DNA of 64,000 nucleotides from Escherichia coli (GTDB lineage Bacteria; Pseudomonadota; Gammaproteobacteria; Enterobacterales; Enterobacteriaceae): NCBI RefSeq assembly GCF_003991155.1, contig NZ_CP031293.1; one strand, 5' to 3'. Shown piece by piece: positions 47,498 through 59,071 of this stretch. Below the pieces are notes generated by a model. The model was not told the DNA's origin, ran no database searches, and saw only the letters and a program-made list of their open reading frames with translations. A program made the translations under genes and the position numbers. Each line of letters starts with the position of its first letter. Positions within the stretch are counted from its first letter, which is position 1.

Positions 47498-47603
47498 AAA
47501 AAAAACCCGGCATAGGGGACCGGGAAGAGGATAGTCTGCCGTCTCCAGACTAATAAACCGTTATAACACTCCCTGTTGGCACGGGAAACTTTGTGCTCTC
47601 AGT
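47498..47603 (-). ncRNA. gadY: GadY small RNA
   Basis: Minus-strand sequence ACTGAGAGCACAAAGTTTCCCGTGCCAACAGGGAGTGTTATAACGG...CCTATGCCGGGTTTTTTTT matches the recalled GadY sequence and ends in a terminator. Confidence 0.8.
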
Positions 47604-47849
47604 AAGTTAAATATAACTTTTACTGGAAATAAGATCAGCCATTTTTTTATAAACATAAGCTATACGCTGTGCGAAAATATATTCGTGTTGCATTTACTTA
47701 TTGTCAATTAACTGTTATGCAAAACTACTTTGTGGATAAATTTTGGTCCTACCAAATCTGGCAGTTTTTGCGCTAAGAAACAGTCTGGCATCATTTCATT
47801 AGTATACTGAAATTGAAATAATCGCAGTAATGAAATATAAGGGATAGTC

Positions 47850-48578
47850 ATGACTCATGTCTGCTCGGTGATCCTCGTTCGTCGTTCATTCGATATTTAT
47901 CATGAACAGCAAAAAATATCGTTGCATAACGAGAGTATCCTGCTGCTGGATAAAAATTTGGCAGACGATTTTGCGTTTTGTTCACCGGATACACGACGAC
48001 TGGATATCGATGAGCTGACAGTTTGCCATTACTTACAAAATATTCGTCAGATACCACGCAATTTAGGGTTACATAGCAAAGACCGTCTGTTAATTAACCA
48101 GTCACCCCCCATGCCGCTGGTGACGGCGATTTTTGATAGTTTCAATGACTCCGGGGTAAATTCGCCGATACTGAGCAAAATGCTCTATCTTTCCTGTTTA
48201 TCGATGTTTTCTCATAAGAAAGAACTGATCCCCTTACTTTTCAATAGTATCAGTACTGTTTCAGGAAAAGTTGAACGCCTTATTAGCTTTGATATCGCCA
48301 AACGTTGGTATCTGCGCGATATTGCGGAAAGAATGTATACCAGCGAGAGTCTCATCAAAAAAAAGTTGCAGGATGAAAATACCTGTTTCAGTAAAATATT
48401 ACTCGCCTCCAGGATGTCGATGGCCAGACGATTACTCGAGTTACGTCAAATTCCTCTGCATACTATTGCGGAAAAATGTGGCTATAGCAGTACGTCGTAC
48501 TTTATAAACACATTTCGACAATATTATGGTGTAACACCACATCAGTTTGCGCAACATTCGCCAGGTACCTTTTCCTGA
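47850..48578 (+). CDS. gadW: AraC-family acid-resistance regulator GadW
   Basis: 242-aa ORF with C-terminal AraC HTH; position between gadX and mdtF. Confidence 0.9.
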   Translation: MTHVCSVILVRRSFDIYHEQQKISLHNESILLLDKNLADDFAFCSPDTRRLDIDELTVCHYLQNIRQIPRNLGLHSKDRLLINQSPPMPLVTAIFDSFNDSGVNSPILSKMLYLSCLSMFSHKKELIPLLFNSISTVSGKVERLISFDIAKRWYLRDIAERMYTSESLIKKKLQDENTCFSKILLASRMSMARRLLELRQIPLHTIAEKCGYSSTSYFINTFRQYYGVTPHQFAQHSPGTFS

Positions 48579-48940
48579 CATATTTTGCATTTGAATATTG
48601 GTCAGGATCTCACACCTGCTTCATGTGAAACTCTTCCCTGATGATTTCTGCCGGGCTACCGGCTAGTTCTCTTTCGCAGTTTGCCAGGCGGTATAGGTAT
48701 TTTCAGGAGGAAAAGACTCGGCATGTTTGGGATTATTAAGCTGACAATTCATACGATTACGGGAATGTGGGTCAGTATTGTGCTGTTCAAATTGATGACG
48801 AATGGCTGGAGTGGTTTCTACTTTCAGTGCTGTGTACTAAGCCTGGTATTCCTGACGGTTAGCTGGTTGTTGAGTGGTGAATGGTTAGCAGGAAAGAGTA
48901 AGGCTGAACCTTCACGTTCAACCTTACTCTCATTTACACG

Positions 48941-51900
48941 TTACGCTTTTTTAAAGCGGGCAAAGAGATGTTCCACTACAACGAAAAAGACCGGAACAAA
49001 GTAAATTGCCAGCACTGTTGCGGCAAACATCCCGCCCATTACGCCGGTACCTACCGCGTTTTGCGCGCCAGAACCGGCACCATGACTGATAACCAGCGGC
49101 AGCACGCCGAGAATAAAGGCCAGAGAGGTCATCAGGATTGGGCGTAAACGCATTCGCGCCGCTTCGATGATCGCCTCTATCGGCGTTTTCCCTTCTTTCT
49201 GCATCATCTCAACGGCAAATTCGACAATCAGGATGGCGTTTTTGGCGGAAAGCCCGATGGTGGTCAGCAAACCAACCTGGAAGTAGACGTCATTACTTAA
49301 GCCGCGTAGATCGGTGGCCAGTAATGCGCCAACGACGCCTAACGGAACAACCAACATCACCGAGAACGGAATTGACCAGCTTTCATAAAGTGCGGCGAGG
49401 GCGAGGAACACCACGACCAGTGAAATGGCATATAGCGCGGGAGCCTGGTTTGAGGATAACGCTTCCTGATACGACAGTCCGGTCCATGAGTAGCCGACGC
49501 CAGCCGGAAGTTTAGCGACCAGGTCTGCCATAAATTTCATGGCGTCACCGGTACTTTTCCCGGCCGCCGCTTCACCTAAAATCTCCATTGACGGGATGCC
49601 GTTGTAGCGTTCCAGTCGCGGTGAACCATAGGTCCATTCGGTAGACGAGTAGGCAGAAAGCGGTGCCATCGTGCCAGAGGCGTTGCGTACATACCATTGG
49701 TTGATGTTATCCGGCAACATACGGAACGGCGTGCCTGCCTGGACATACACTTTTTTCACCCGCCCCTGGTTGAGGAAGTCGTTCACGTAGCTGCTGCCGA
49801 AGGCGGTGGAAATTGTCTGGTTGATATCAGACAGCGCCACGCCCATAGCCTCGGCTTTCGCAGCGTTGACGTTCACTTTGAACATCGGCGTATCTTCCAG
49901 GCCGTTCGGGCGAACCCCGGTGACCTGATTCGGTGATTGCGCTGCCAGTGATAACAGCTCGTTTCGCGCCTGGGTTAGTTTTTCGTGCCCCAGGTTACCG
50001 TTGTCCAGCAGTTCCATATCAAAACCTGACGCGGTACCCAGTTCAGCCACCGCGGGTAAGTTGAACGGGAAGACGACGGCTTTATTGATACTGCTTAGCG
50101 CAATCATTGCCCGCTGAATAATCGCGGTAACCGAGTTTTCCTCGCCGACACGTTCAGACCACGGCTTGAGGCTGATAAACGCCAGACCGTTGTTTTGCCC
50201 CTGACCACTGAAGCCAAAGCCACCAACGGTAAACACCGACTGAACATTATTTTTCTCTTTTGTCAGATAATAATCCGTCACCTGTTGTAGCACTTTCGTG
50301 GTGTTAACCATGGTGGCACCGGAAGGTAACTGCGCGGTGGTCATAAATACCCCCTGATCCTCTTCTGGTAAGAAAGAGGTCGGCGTGCGCAGGAACAGCA
50401 CCGCCATCCCGGCGCAAATCAGGAGGTAGACCACCATGTAGCGACCGGTACAACGCAACAGCGAGCGGGTGCTATCGGTATAGTGCTGAGTTGATTTTTC
50501 AAACAGCGTGTTGAAGCGTGCGAACAGGGCGTTAGGTTTATGACCGCCTTCCGGCGCGGCTTTCAGAATGGTGGCGCACAGGGCAGGGGTCAGGCTCATT
50601 GCTACAAATACTGAAAGCAGCATGGAGGAGATCAGCGTGATGGAGAACTGGCGGTAGATCTCCCCGGTCGCACCGCTCATAAAGGCCATCGGCATAAACA
50701 CTGCGGAAAGAACAACGGCAATCCCGACCAGCGCACGTTGGATCTGCCCCATCGATTTATGCGTCGCTTCCTTCGGCGGTAGCTTATCTTCCGCAATGAC
50801 ACGCTCGACGTTCTCCACCACCACGATGGCGTCATCCACCAGTAACCCTATCGCCAGCACCATCCCGAACATAGTTAACGTGTTGATGGTGAAACCGACC
50901 GCCGACAAGATCGCAAACGTCCCGAGAATAACCACCGGTACGGCAATCGTCGGGATGATTGTGGCGCGGAAATTCTGCAAAAACAGATACATGACCAGGA
51001 AGACGAGGATGATAGCCTCAACCAGCGTTTTGAAAACTTCCTGAATAGAAATTTTGATAAACGGTGTGGTGTCGTAAGGATAAACCGTCTTCAGGCTTGC
51101 GGGGAAATAGGCTGATAAACGGTTCAGCTCCTCTTTCACCGCTCGCGAGGTATCCAGGGCGTTTGCTCCGGTAGCCAGTTTGATGGCGATCCCGGCAGCA
51201 GGTTTGCCGTTATAGCGCGCCACGGTGGAATAATCTTCCGCCCCAAGTTCGACGCGGGCGACATCACGCAGCAGCACTTGCGAACCATCTTGCTGAACTT
51301 TCAACAGGATTTTGCCAAATTCTTCCGGCGTTTGCAGACGCGTCTGCACAATGATCGAGGCGTTCAGTTGCTGGTCTGCCGCCTGTGGCATGCCACCCAG
51401 TTGACCACCGGAAATCTGGTTGTTTTGCACCTTAATCTGGGAAATAACATCGGAAGGTACCAGGTTATATTTATTGAGTTTTTGCGGGTCCAGCCAGATA
51501 CGCATGGCGTACTCGGAACCAAAGAGCTGTACGCTACCAACGCCCGCGGTACGGCTTAGCGGGTCTTTGATATTAGACGCTACATAGTCGGCGATATCGT
51601 ACTGGTTGAGGCTGCCGTTATCAGAAATAAACGCCGCTACCATCAGGATATTACTGCTCGACTTATCGACGCTAATCCCCTGCTGCTGCACCGCTTCAGG
51701 TAATGAAGGCATAGCGAGTTGCAGTTTATTTTGCACCTGAACCTGTGCGATATCAGGCGATGTCCCAGTCTCGAAGGTCAGAGTAATAGAGGCATTACCC
51801 GCCGCATCACTGGTTGAAGACATGTACATCAGGCCATCAAGCCCATTCATATTTTGCTCAATCACCTGAGTGGCCGAGTCTTCTACCGTTTGCGCATCGG

Positions 51901-52054
51901 CACCTGGATAGGTAGCGCTGACGGTAATGGTCGGTGGCGCAATCTGCGGATACTGCGCAACCGGTAAGTTCATGATCGCCAGACCACCTGCAAGCATCAT
52001 AATAATGGCAAGTACCCAGGCAAAAACCGGGCGATCAATAAAATAGTTAGCCAT
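48941..52054 (-). CDS. mdtF: RND multidrug efflux pump inner-membrane subunit MdtF
   Basis: 1037-aa AcrB-like ORF. Confidence 0.95.
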   Translation of the reverse strand: MANYFIDRPVFAWVLAIIMMLAGGLAIMNLPVAQYPQIAPPTITVSATYPGADAQTVEDSATQVIEQNMNGLDGLMYMSSTSDAAGNASITLTFETGTSPDIAQVQVQNKLQLAMPSLPEAVQQQGISVDKSSSNILMVAAFISDNGSLNQYDIADYVASNIKDPLSRTAGVGSVQLFGSEYAMRIWLDPQKLNKYNLVPSDVISQIKVQNNQISGGQLGGMPQAADQQLNASIIVQTRLQTPEEFGKILLKVQQDGSQVLLRDVARVELGAEDYSTVARYNGKPAAGIAIKLATGANALDTSRAVKEELNRLSAYFPASLKTVYPYDTTPFIKISIQEVFKTLVEAIILVFLVMYLFLQNFRATIIPTIAVPVVILGTFAILSAVGFTINTLTMFGMVLAIGLLVDDAIVVVENVERVIAEDKLPPKEATHKSMGQIQRALVGIAVVLSAVFMPMAFMSGATGEIYRQFSITLISSMLLSVFVAMSLTPALCATILKAAPEGGHKPNALFARFNTLFEKSTQHYTDSTRSLLRCTGRYMVVYLLICAGMAVLFLRTPTSFLPEEDQGVFMTTAQLPSGATMVNTTKVLQQVTDYYLTKEKNNVQSVFTVGGFGFSGQGQNNGLAFISLKPWSERVGEENSVTAIIQRAMIALSSINKAVVFPFNLPAVAELGTASGFDMELLDNGNLGHEKLTQARNELLSLAAQSPNQVTGVRPNGLEDTPMFKVNVNAAKAEAMGVALSDINQTISTAFGSSYVNDFLNQGRVKKVYVQAGTPFRMLPDNINQWYVRNASGTMAPLSAYSSTEWTYGSPRLERYNGIPSMEILGEAAAGKSTGDAMKFMADLVAKLPAGVGYSWTGLSYQEALSSNQAPALYAISLVVVFLALAALYESWSIPFSVMLVVPLGVVGALLATDLRGLSNDVYFQVGLLTTIGLSAKNAILIVEFAVEMMQKEGKTPIEAIIEAARMRLRPILMTSLAFILGVLPLVISHGAGSGAQNAVGTGVMGGMFAATVLAIYFVPVFFVVVEHLFARFKKA

Positions 52055-52078
52055 GAAAGTCCCCTTAAGCCTGCAACG

Positions 52079-53236
52079 TTATTGTTTCGATTCGGTGCTG
52101 GCGTTTTCCTGGCTGGAGGAAATTGCTCGTGCTTTGATACCCGGACGAATGCGTTGCAAACCGGAAACGATCACCCGATCGCCAGCCTGCAAGCCAGAGG
52201 TGACAACCCACTGGTCGCCGATGGCTTTGCTGGCTTCAATTTCGCGTAGCTGCACGACATCGTCTTTATCCAGAATGAGTGCCGTTGCTTTACCCTGGGC
52301 GTTGTGGGTGACGCCTTCCTGCGGCACCAGTAATACATTCTGGCGGCTACCTTCATCCACTAATGCCGTGACATACATGCCAGGCAGCAAGTCACCATTT
52401 GGGTTGGGGAAAATCGCCCGTAACGTCACGGAGCCCGTGGTTTCATCTACCGTTGGGTCGGAGAATTTCAGCGTGCCAGTCTGGCTGTAACGTTTACCAT
52501 TTTCCAGATTGAGCTGTACTGGCGTACTGCCCTGAACCTGTTTGATTTGCCCACTGGCGACCTCTTCTTTCATGCGCAAGAAATCCTGCACCGACTGCGT
52601 GAGATCGACATAAATCGGGTCCAGACGTTGTACGGTAACCAGCGAATCTGCCTGATTAGCGGTAACGAGTGCGCCGACGGTCACCGACGATTTCCCGCTG
52701 ACGCCCGTAATCGGCGAGGTGACATTTGCGTATTGCAGGTTGATAGTCGCCTGTTCAACAGCCGCTTTGGCGACGGTGACATTGGCTTCTGCTTCATTCA
52801 ACTGGGTGCGCGCGGTGTCGTAATCCTGACGGCTAACGTAGTTGGTCTTCAGCAACGATGCCTGGCGGTTAAAGGTGATGCGGGCATTGCTGGCGGTAGA
52901 GAGCGCTTTCGCCAGCGAGCCTTTGGCGGAGTTCAGCTCTGCCTGTAAAGGCGCAGGATCAATCTGATACAGCGAATCGCCCTGGTTCACTTTATCGCCT
53001 TCGATAAAGTTGCGTTTAATGATAATACCGCCCACCTGGGGACGTATCTCGGCAACTTCATAAGGAACGGTTCTACCAGGCAATTCGCTCAACACATTGA
53101 CCGAACCGGGGGAGAGTGTGACGACACCGACCTCAGGCGTCATGGCGGCGGCGTTTTCCGCCGATTTGTCATCGCAGGCGGTGAGCATCGCGCCGCAGAA
53201 TAACAACGGTATTAACAGTTTTCTTCTTCTGTTCAT
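52079..53236 (-). CDS. mdtE: RND efflux membrane-fusion protein MdtE
   Basis: 385-aa lipoprotein-type periplasmic adaptor (signal peptide ending LTAC). Confidence 0.95.
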   Translation of the reverse strand: MNRRRKLLIPLLFCGAMLTACDDKSAENAAAMTPEVGVVTLSPGSVNVLSELPGRTVPYEVAEIRPQVGGIIIKRNFIEGDKVNQGDSLYQIDPAPLQAELNSAKGSLAKALSTASNARITFNRQASLLKTNYVSRQDYDTARTQLNEAEANVTVAKAAVEQATINLQYANVTSPITGVSGKSSVTVGALVTANQADSLVTVQRLDPIYVDLTQSVQDFLRMKEEVASGQIKQVQGSTPVQLNLENGKRYSQTGTLKFSDPTVDETTGSVTLRAIFPNPNGDLLPGMYVTALVDEGSRQNVLLVPQEGVTHNAQGKATALILDKDDVVQLREIEASKAIGDQWVVTSGLQAGDRVIVSGLQRIRPGIKARAISSSQENASTESKQ

Positions 53237-53574
53237 TTTAGTCCCTGAAAATTCTTGAGAAATAACGGTTCTTTAAATTGCGCGCGAGGAGAGATATGAG
53301 GGATTTACAGACCAGCGGCATAGTGGGGTTGTCAGCCAGTAAGATGGGATGCAAGCACAGTGATCGACATGGTGAGGTCAACGACAAAAAAAATGTTGCC
53401 GTTCTGCCAACAGTTTCTGCCAGCATTCGGGCAACGAAGGGTTCTACTGGTGGATACACATACCAGGGGAATAAAGTCGTTTTCGTCTCTCCTTCAATAA
53501 TCACCGGGGGTATTGAAATCAGCATCTGCATCCCTCGTCATGCCAGCCATCAATTTCAGTTGCTTATGTCCTTA

Positions 53575-54102
53575 CTAAAAATAAGATGTGATACCCAGGG
53601 TGACGATGTCGCTCATACGTCTTAATTTCAGCTTGTACATAATGTTGAATTTCTGAATCTTTAATGTTTGTTGCGAAATGTTGAGCGTTGACGTGATATT
53701 GCTTTCATTTTTGTTTTTCAGAATCAGTTGCATAATTTTGAACTGATTATGTGAAAAACATAGTTGTGAATTCTTATGGGGCAAGTGTTTACCATAAGTA
53801 ATCTCAAGAAGATTTTTGATACTTTCTTTACGGCTGACAAAATAAATAGGCGCTTTAGCTTTTAGTTTACTGATGTGATAAGGTGCCAAAACAATAATTC
53901 TCTCGGCATCTAATTTCTCCAGAAATTTAATCGCTTCTTCATCAAGGATATGATTGTGATAGGTATCAATGATAACCTTGAAGGGTTTATTGCCTACTTT
54001 TTTGATCTCTGACAGGGAATTGATTTTTATCATTTCGTGATTATCTTTCAACTGCCAAAAGCCCTGTAAAAGAAAAGAATCTTTCGTCATGAGAAAAATC
54101 AT
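53575..54102 (-). CDS. gadE: LuxR-family acid-resistance master activator GadE
   Basis: 175-aa product MIFLMTKDSFLLQGFWQ... from the internal ATG of ORF 53575..54180. Confidence 0.9.
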   Translation of the reverse strand: MIFLMTKDSFLLQGFWQLKDNHEMIKINSLSEIKKVGNKPFKVIIDTYHNHILDEEAIKFLEKLDAERIIVLAPYHISKLKAKAPIYFVSRKESIKNLLEITYGKHLPHKNSQLCFSHNQFKIMQLILKNKNESNITSTLNISQQTLKIQKFNIMYKLKLRRMSDIVTLGITSYF

Positions 54103-54899
54103 AACTTGCTCCTTAGCCGTTATCGTTTCGAACATGTCATCCTTTTCATTATTTACATCCTTGTCCGAATCGTTGTTCAATATAGTAAACGCCTATAAGA
54201 ACTTTGCCCTTCGTGAACTAATACGTCTATTAACACTAATCAATACTTCAGATTTATCCATCACGCACTCCATATATTGATCCTAAGTAAGATTCCTGGT
54301 TGTTATCAGTTTGTAACCAGTAAACAAAAGGTTAACTTTTGCGGATTACTGCCCAAGAATAAGTTATCAATAACCAGTTTGTGATCTCTGAAGAATATTA
54401 CTAAAGTTAAAATGTAATCCGATTTAAATATCGAGTCTCCTTGTTTCGACTTAGGCTGGCAATTGGATTGCCAGCTTTCTTTTAACGCATTGAAATTACC
54501 TGATTAAATAACTCATTCATGTCTTCAGGTTTTTATATAGCGTCTGGAGACACGGATATTTATGCAATGTAATCAACGCCAGTTGCAAAAAAATGAACCC
54601 GGATTACTTATTTAACCGCCTATAGCATCAACGCTTACGGAACTCTTTGTTCACTTTCCCACAGCACTTTTAAAACATTAAACCTGACCACGGAAAATAT
54701 CAGCCATGATAATGTTTGAAATGGCTAATTTGCCATGGAATGAAAAAATCAGATTAAATTCAGTAGGTTGAAATAATCAACAGCAGGCAATTGTTTCAAT
54801 GATAGTGCGTAATTGAACTGAAACACTGTATAGCTAAGAGAGTATTAACTGGATCATAGTCACTTAATGTGACTATGATCCAAGTGGAAATAGGGATAA

Positions 54900-55472
54900 T
54901 TATTGCTTTTTAACGAACAAACTGGCGAAGCTGAACAGACTGGCGGCGCTAAATATCAGTTCAATTCCCACCAGTGTGGAAACCAGCGTTACCGACACCA
55001 TCGGCGTAGCACCAAGGAATATCCAGGCAATGACGATATCCAGCACACCAATAACGAGCTGTAGCCAACTGCCTTTCATTGAACGCTGACGATACCAACT
55101 CATCAGGCGAATAACCCCTGCCACACAGAACAAACCGGCAATAAATGCCGCAATGGCAAAAATGCCCAGCTCTGGTGCGCGGATGAAGAAATAGCCGATC
55201 AATAAATAGGCGACTGCGACGAGGAAACCGGATAATACCGGCCAGAAATTATGACTGCGGTTGCTGAATAACCCGACAATAAGCGCAATACCCGAGCAGA
55301 TTAATAATGCACCCACTACTGTGCTTAAAATATCGCCAGAGACGAACGGAAAACTGATACACAGCAACCCGACGATAAACAGCAGCACGGCAATAAACTG
55401 GATTGCTCTGCGATGTTTTTTAAGCATCTCCAGATCAAACTTCAAAATTGTTGCCTTATCTATATATAACAT
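54900..55472 (-). CDS. hdeD: Acid-resistance membrane protein HdeD
   Basis: 190-aa multi-helix membrane protein divergent from hdeAB. Confidence 0.9.
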   Translation of the reverse strand: MLYIDKATILKFDLEMLKKHRRAIQFIAVLLFIVGLLCISFPFVSGDILSTVVGALLICSGIALIVGLFSNRSHNFWPVLSGFLVAVAYLLIGYFFIRAPELGIFAIAAFIAGLFCVAGVIRLMSWYRQRSMKGSWLQLVIGVLDIVIAWIFLGATPMVSVTLVSTLVGIELIFSAASLFSFASLFVKKQ

Positions 55473-55726
55473 AGAACCACCCTATAAAATTAAGAAGAAA
55501 ATCCCCTGCTATCAATCTATGCCAAAAACGCGTGTAAGAATGCAGTCGATTTAATAAAAATTTCCTAATTACAGTATCTGATGCATCTGTAACTCATTGT
55601 ATTGAAATAAAAATATCTGATTTTGATATTTTCCATCAACATGACATATACAGAAAACCAGGTTATAACCTCAGTGTCGAAATTGATTCGTGACGGCTCT
55701 TTCACTTTATAGTTGAGGATATTACG

Positions 55727-56059
55727 ATGAAAAAAGTATTAGGCGTTATTCTTGGTGGTCTGCTTCTTCTGCCAGTAGTGAGCAATGCAGCGGATGCACA
55801 AAAAGCAGCTGATAACAAAAAACCGGTCAACTCCTGGACCTGTGAAGATTTCCTGGCTGTGGACGAATCCTTCCAGCCAACTGCAGTTGGTTTTGCTGAA
55901 GCACTGAACAACAAAGATAAACCAGAAGATGCGGTTTTAGATGTTCAGGGTATTGCAACCGTAACCCCAGCTATCGTTCAGGCTTGTACTCAGGATAAAA
56001 AAGCCAGCTTTAAAGATAAAGTTAAAGGCGAATGGGACAAAATTAAGAAAGATATGTAA
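55727..56059 (+). CDS. hdeA: Periplasmic acid-stress chaperone HdeA
   Basis: 110-aa ORF with signal peptide MKKVLGVILGGLLLLPVVSNA. Confidence 0.95.
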   Translation: MKKVLGVILGGLLLLPVVSNAADAQKAADNKKPVNSWTCEDFLAVDESFQPTAVGFAEALNNKDKPEDAVLDVQGIATVTPAIVQACTQDKKASFKDKVKGEWDKIKKDM

Positions 56060-56174
56060 TTCCGGGAATGCGTTACATCGTATTTCCTTGCATATTGAAC
56101 AGGCCGGAATATCTTCTTTAAAAGCAGCTATTCCTCCTGTTTGTATATAATCTCTATATTGAATGGGTTACAAA

Positions 56175-56501
56175 ATGAACATTTCATCTCTCCGTAAAGC
56201 GTTTATTTTTATGGGCGCTGTAGCGGCTTTGTCACTGGTGAACGCACAATCTGCGCTGGCAGCCAATGAATCCGCTAAAGATATGACCTGCCAGGAATTT
56301 ATTGATCTGAATCCAAAGGCAATGACACCAGTTGCGTGGTGGATGCTGCATGAAGAAACAGTATATAAAGGTGGCGATACCGTTACTTTAAATGAAACCG
56401 ATCTCACTCAAATTCCTAAAGTGATCGAATACTGCAAGAAAAACCCGCAGAAAAATTTGTATACCTTCAAAAATCAAGCATCTAATGACTTGCCGAATTA
56501 A
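56175..56501 (+). CDS. hdeB: Periplasmic acid-stress chaperone HdeB
   Basis: 108-aa product MNISSLRKAFIFMGAVAALSLVNA... from the internal ATG of ORF 56163..56501. Confidence 0.9.
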   Translation: MNISSLRKAFIFMGAVAALSLVNAQSALAANESAKDMTCQEFIDLNPKAMTPVAWWMLHEETVYKGGDTVTLNETDLTQIPKVIEYCKKNPQKNLYTFKNQASNDLPN

Positions 56502-56517
56502 TAAGGTACAAGTAAAA

Positions 56518-56556
56518 AGGAGTAGCAAGTTGAGCCATCTTGCTGCTCCTTTTTGC
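56518..56556 (+). terminator. Hairpin plus T-run after hdeB
   Basis: AGGAGTAGCAAG...CTTGCTGCTCCT followed by TTTTGC. Confidence 0.5.
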
Positions 56557-56564
56557 ATTTTTAT

Positions 56565-57212
56565 ATGACAGCAGAATTTATTATACGACTTATACTTGCG
56601 GTAATTGCCTGTGGCGCTATTGGCATGGAAAGGCAAATGCGCGGCAAAGGAGCAGGGTTACGCACACATGTATTAATTGGCATGGGAAGCGCCCTGTTTA
56701 TGATTGTTTCGAAATATGGTTTTGCTGACGTGCTGTCTTTAGGTCACGTCGGACTGGACCCCAGCCGTATTGCTGCTCAGGTGGTGACGGGCGTCGGGTT
56801 TATCGGTGCAGGTAACATTCTCGTTCGTAACCAAAATATTGTAGGTCTGACGACGGCAGCGGATATCTGGGTGACCGCCGCCATTGGTATGGTTATTGGC
56901 AGCGGTATGTACGAACTGGGTATTTATGGTTCAGTGATGACCTTGCTGGTGCTGGAAGTCTTCCATCAATTAACCTTCCGCCTGATGAACAAAAATTACC
57001 ATTTACAGCTGACATTAGTGAACGGTAATACGGTATCAATGCTCGACTGGTTTAAGCAGCAAAAAATAAAAACGGATTTAGTTTCGTTGCAGGAAAATGA
57101 AGATCATGAAGTGGTCGCCATTGATATCCAGCTTCATGCCACGACGTCGATAGAAGATCTGTTGCGATTATTAAAAGGTATGGCAGGGGTGAAAGGTGTT
57201 TCAATTAGCTAA
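56565..57212 (+). CDS. yhiD: MgtC-family inner-membrane protein YhiD
   Basis: 215-aa product MTAEFIIRLILAVIACGAIGMERQ... from the internal ATG. Confidence 0.85.
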   Translation: MTAEFIIRLILAVIACGAIGMERQMRGKGAGLRTHVLIGMGSALFMIVSKYGFADVLSLGHVGLDPSRIAAQVVTGVGFIGAGNILVRNQNIVGLTTAADIWVTAAIGMVIGSGMYELGIYGSVMTLLVLEVFHQLTFRLMNKNYHLQLTLVNGNTVSMLDWFKQQKIKTDLVSLQENEDHEVVAIDIQLHATTSIEDLLRLLKGMAGVKGVSIS

Positions 57213-57263
57213 TCTGTATAGTTATTTATTCGCAGGAGTACCAGTGCGGTACTCCTGTTGGTT

Positions 57264-58034
57264 TTAATGATCGAGGACGATCAGTGGTGAATGGTTGGCA
57301 GGATCTTTAAGTACGGTAATATCCGCGCCGTAGAGCATGGTCAGCGCCTGCTGTGTCAATACGTCCTGCGGCTTACCATTTGCGATAACCTTTCCTTTTT
57401 GCATTAATACAACACGGTCTGCATAACGCGCGGCAAGATTTAGATCGTGCAATACGCAACAAACATTGAACTGCCGTTCGTGAACTAACTGGCGTAATAA
57501 ACGAAACAAGTGCTGCTGATGGTGAATATCCAGCGCCGAAGTTGGTTCATCAAGAAATAACCATTTCGGTGAGGGAGTAGGTTCCCAGAGTTGTACCAGC
57601 AGGCGCGCTAATTGCACGCGCTGTTGTTCACCACCGGATAATTGCCGATAGTCGCGGTTTGCTAACGCCTGACAGTCACATAACGCCATTATTTGTGCTG
57701 TTTCATTATCCTGATTACCAGTGCGATGCGGATGCCGCCCCATCTGGATAACTTCTTGTACGCTGAATGGAAACGCCATGTGGCTATTTTGACGCATCAC
57801 GGCCCGGTGTTTCGCCAGTTCAGTAATCGACCATTCATTTAATGGCTTATTAAACAACCGACATTCGCCGCTATCAGGTTGAAGATAGCCGGTTAGCTGG
57901 CGAAGCAGCGTAGATTTTCCCGCACCATTAGGGCCGAGGATGGCAACAATTTCCCCACCGGGAAAAGTCAGCGAGACATTATCAGTCAGACGCCGCCCCT
58001 GAAGGCTATAAACCAGATTCTGGGCGCTGATCAT
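57264..58034 (-). CDS. chuV: Haemin ABC transporter ATPase ChuV (ShuV/HmuV)
   Basis: Start placed at [16 protein letters not shown]... (256 aa), overlapping the chuU stop (ATGA); Walker [10 protein letters not shown], signature LSGGEQQR. Confidence 0.85.
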   Translation of the reverse strand: MISAQNLVYSLQGRRLTDNVSLTFPGGEIVAILGPNGAGKSTLLRQLTGYLQPDSGECRLFNKPLNEWSITELAKHRAVMRQNSHMAFPFSVQEVIQMGRHPHRTGNQDNETAQIMALCDCQALANRDYRQLSGGEQQRVQLARLLVQLWEPTPSPKWLFLDEPTSALDIHHQQHLFRLLRQLVHERQFNVCCVLHDLNLAARYADRVVLMQKGKVIANGKPQDVLTQQALTMLYGADITVLKDPANHSPLIVLDH

Positions 58035-59023
58035 GTGATCCTCCGGTTGCGCAGAATCAACCACATAAAATAAGGGCCACCAAGCAGGCTGGTTAATAAT
58101 CCCACGGGCATTTCTGCTGGCTGTACCAGCGTGCGGGCAAGCGTGTCTGCCATCAGCAATAAACAGGCTCCGGCGAGGGCGGAACAAGGGATTAGCCAGC
58201 GGTGATTTGCCCCGGTAGTCATGCGAATCAGATGCGGGATCACCAGGCCAATAAAGCCGATAATGCCGCTTACCGATACGGCAGCACCAACGAGCAGTGA
58301 GCTCACTAACAGTAATTGCTGGCGTTTACGCTTCACGTTCACGCCGAGGTAGTGGGCTTCTTCATCACCGAGCTGCAGTAAATTCAGCGTTCCGGCGAGA
58401 CAAGTTGTTGCGATAATGGCCGGTAGGATGAATGAACTGGCAACCAATAACGTCGGCCATTGCGCCTGTCCAAGATTGCCCATCATCCACAATGTGAGTT
58501 GTCGTAGCTGCTGCTCATCGCCGATATAGCTCAGGATGCCGATCGCTGCGCCGCACAGGGCATTGATGGCGATACCGGCGAGTAATAATTGCATCATGCT
58601 GCCATCGCGATGGCGCTGCGTGATGAGAAAAATGATGGTGCAGACCACTAAACTTCCGGCAATGGCAAACACCATTTGCTCATAGAGCACCAGCACCACT
58701 GGGAAGGAGAAGGGCAGCACAATAGCAACGCCAACCATTAATGCAGAACCGCTACTGACGCCAAGTAATCCAGGGTCAGCCATTGGGTTGCGAAAAAGCC
58801 CTTGCATAATTACCCCGGCGGTTGCCAACGCTGCACCTACCAGCACCGCCAGCAAAACCCGTGGTAGACGAATATTGAGCCAGATATCGCGGTATTCCTC
58901 ATCAAAAAGGGCATCAAAACTGATCTTTAACGCTCCCTGACTGGCACCAAACAGCACCAGAGCGAGCAATAATAGTGATAGCCCCATAAAGACCCTGGCG
59001 GAAGAGAGTGAATCCTTGAGCAC
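58031..59023 (-). CDS. chuU: Haemin ABC transporter permease ChuU (ShuU)
   Basis: 330-aa FecCD-family permease. Confidence 0.9.
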   Translation of the reverse strand: MLKDSLSSARVFMGLSLLLLALVLFGASQGALKISFDALFDEEYRDIWLNIRLPRVLLAVLVGAALATAGVIMQGLFRNPMADPGLLGVSSGSALMVGVAIVLPFSFPVVLVLYEQMVFAIAGSLVVCTIIFLITQRHRDGSMMQLLLAGIAINALCGAAIGILSYIGDEQQLRQLTLWMMGNLGQAQWPTLLVASSFILPAIIATTCLAGTLNLLQLGDEEAHYLGVNVKRKRQQLLLVSSLLVGAAVSVSGIIGFIGLVIPHLIRMTTGANHRWLIPCSALAGACLLLMADTLARTLVQPAEMPVGLLTSLLGGPYFMWLILRNRRIT

Positions 59024-59071
59024 GCAAAACTCCGTTACGACATTACGGCGCGGACATACCGCGCCGGGGGA

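Noticed and set aside
53238-53625. Two overlapping ORFs (97 and 115 codons) in the mdtE-gadE intergenic region
   Set aside because: They occupy the gadE 3' UTR and mdtE promoter region on both strands and lack SD motifs; the interval is the same 338 bp as I recall for K-12, where no protein gene lies here.
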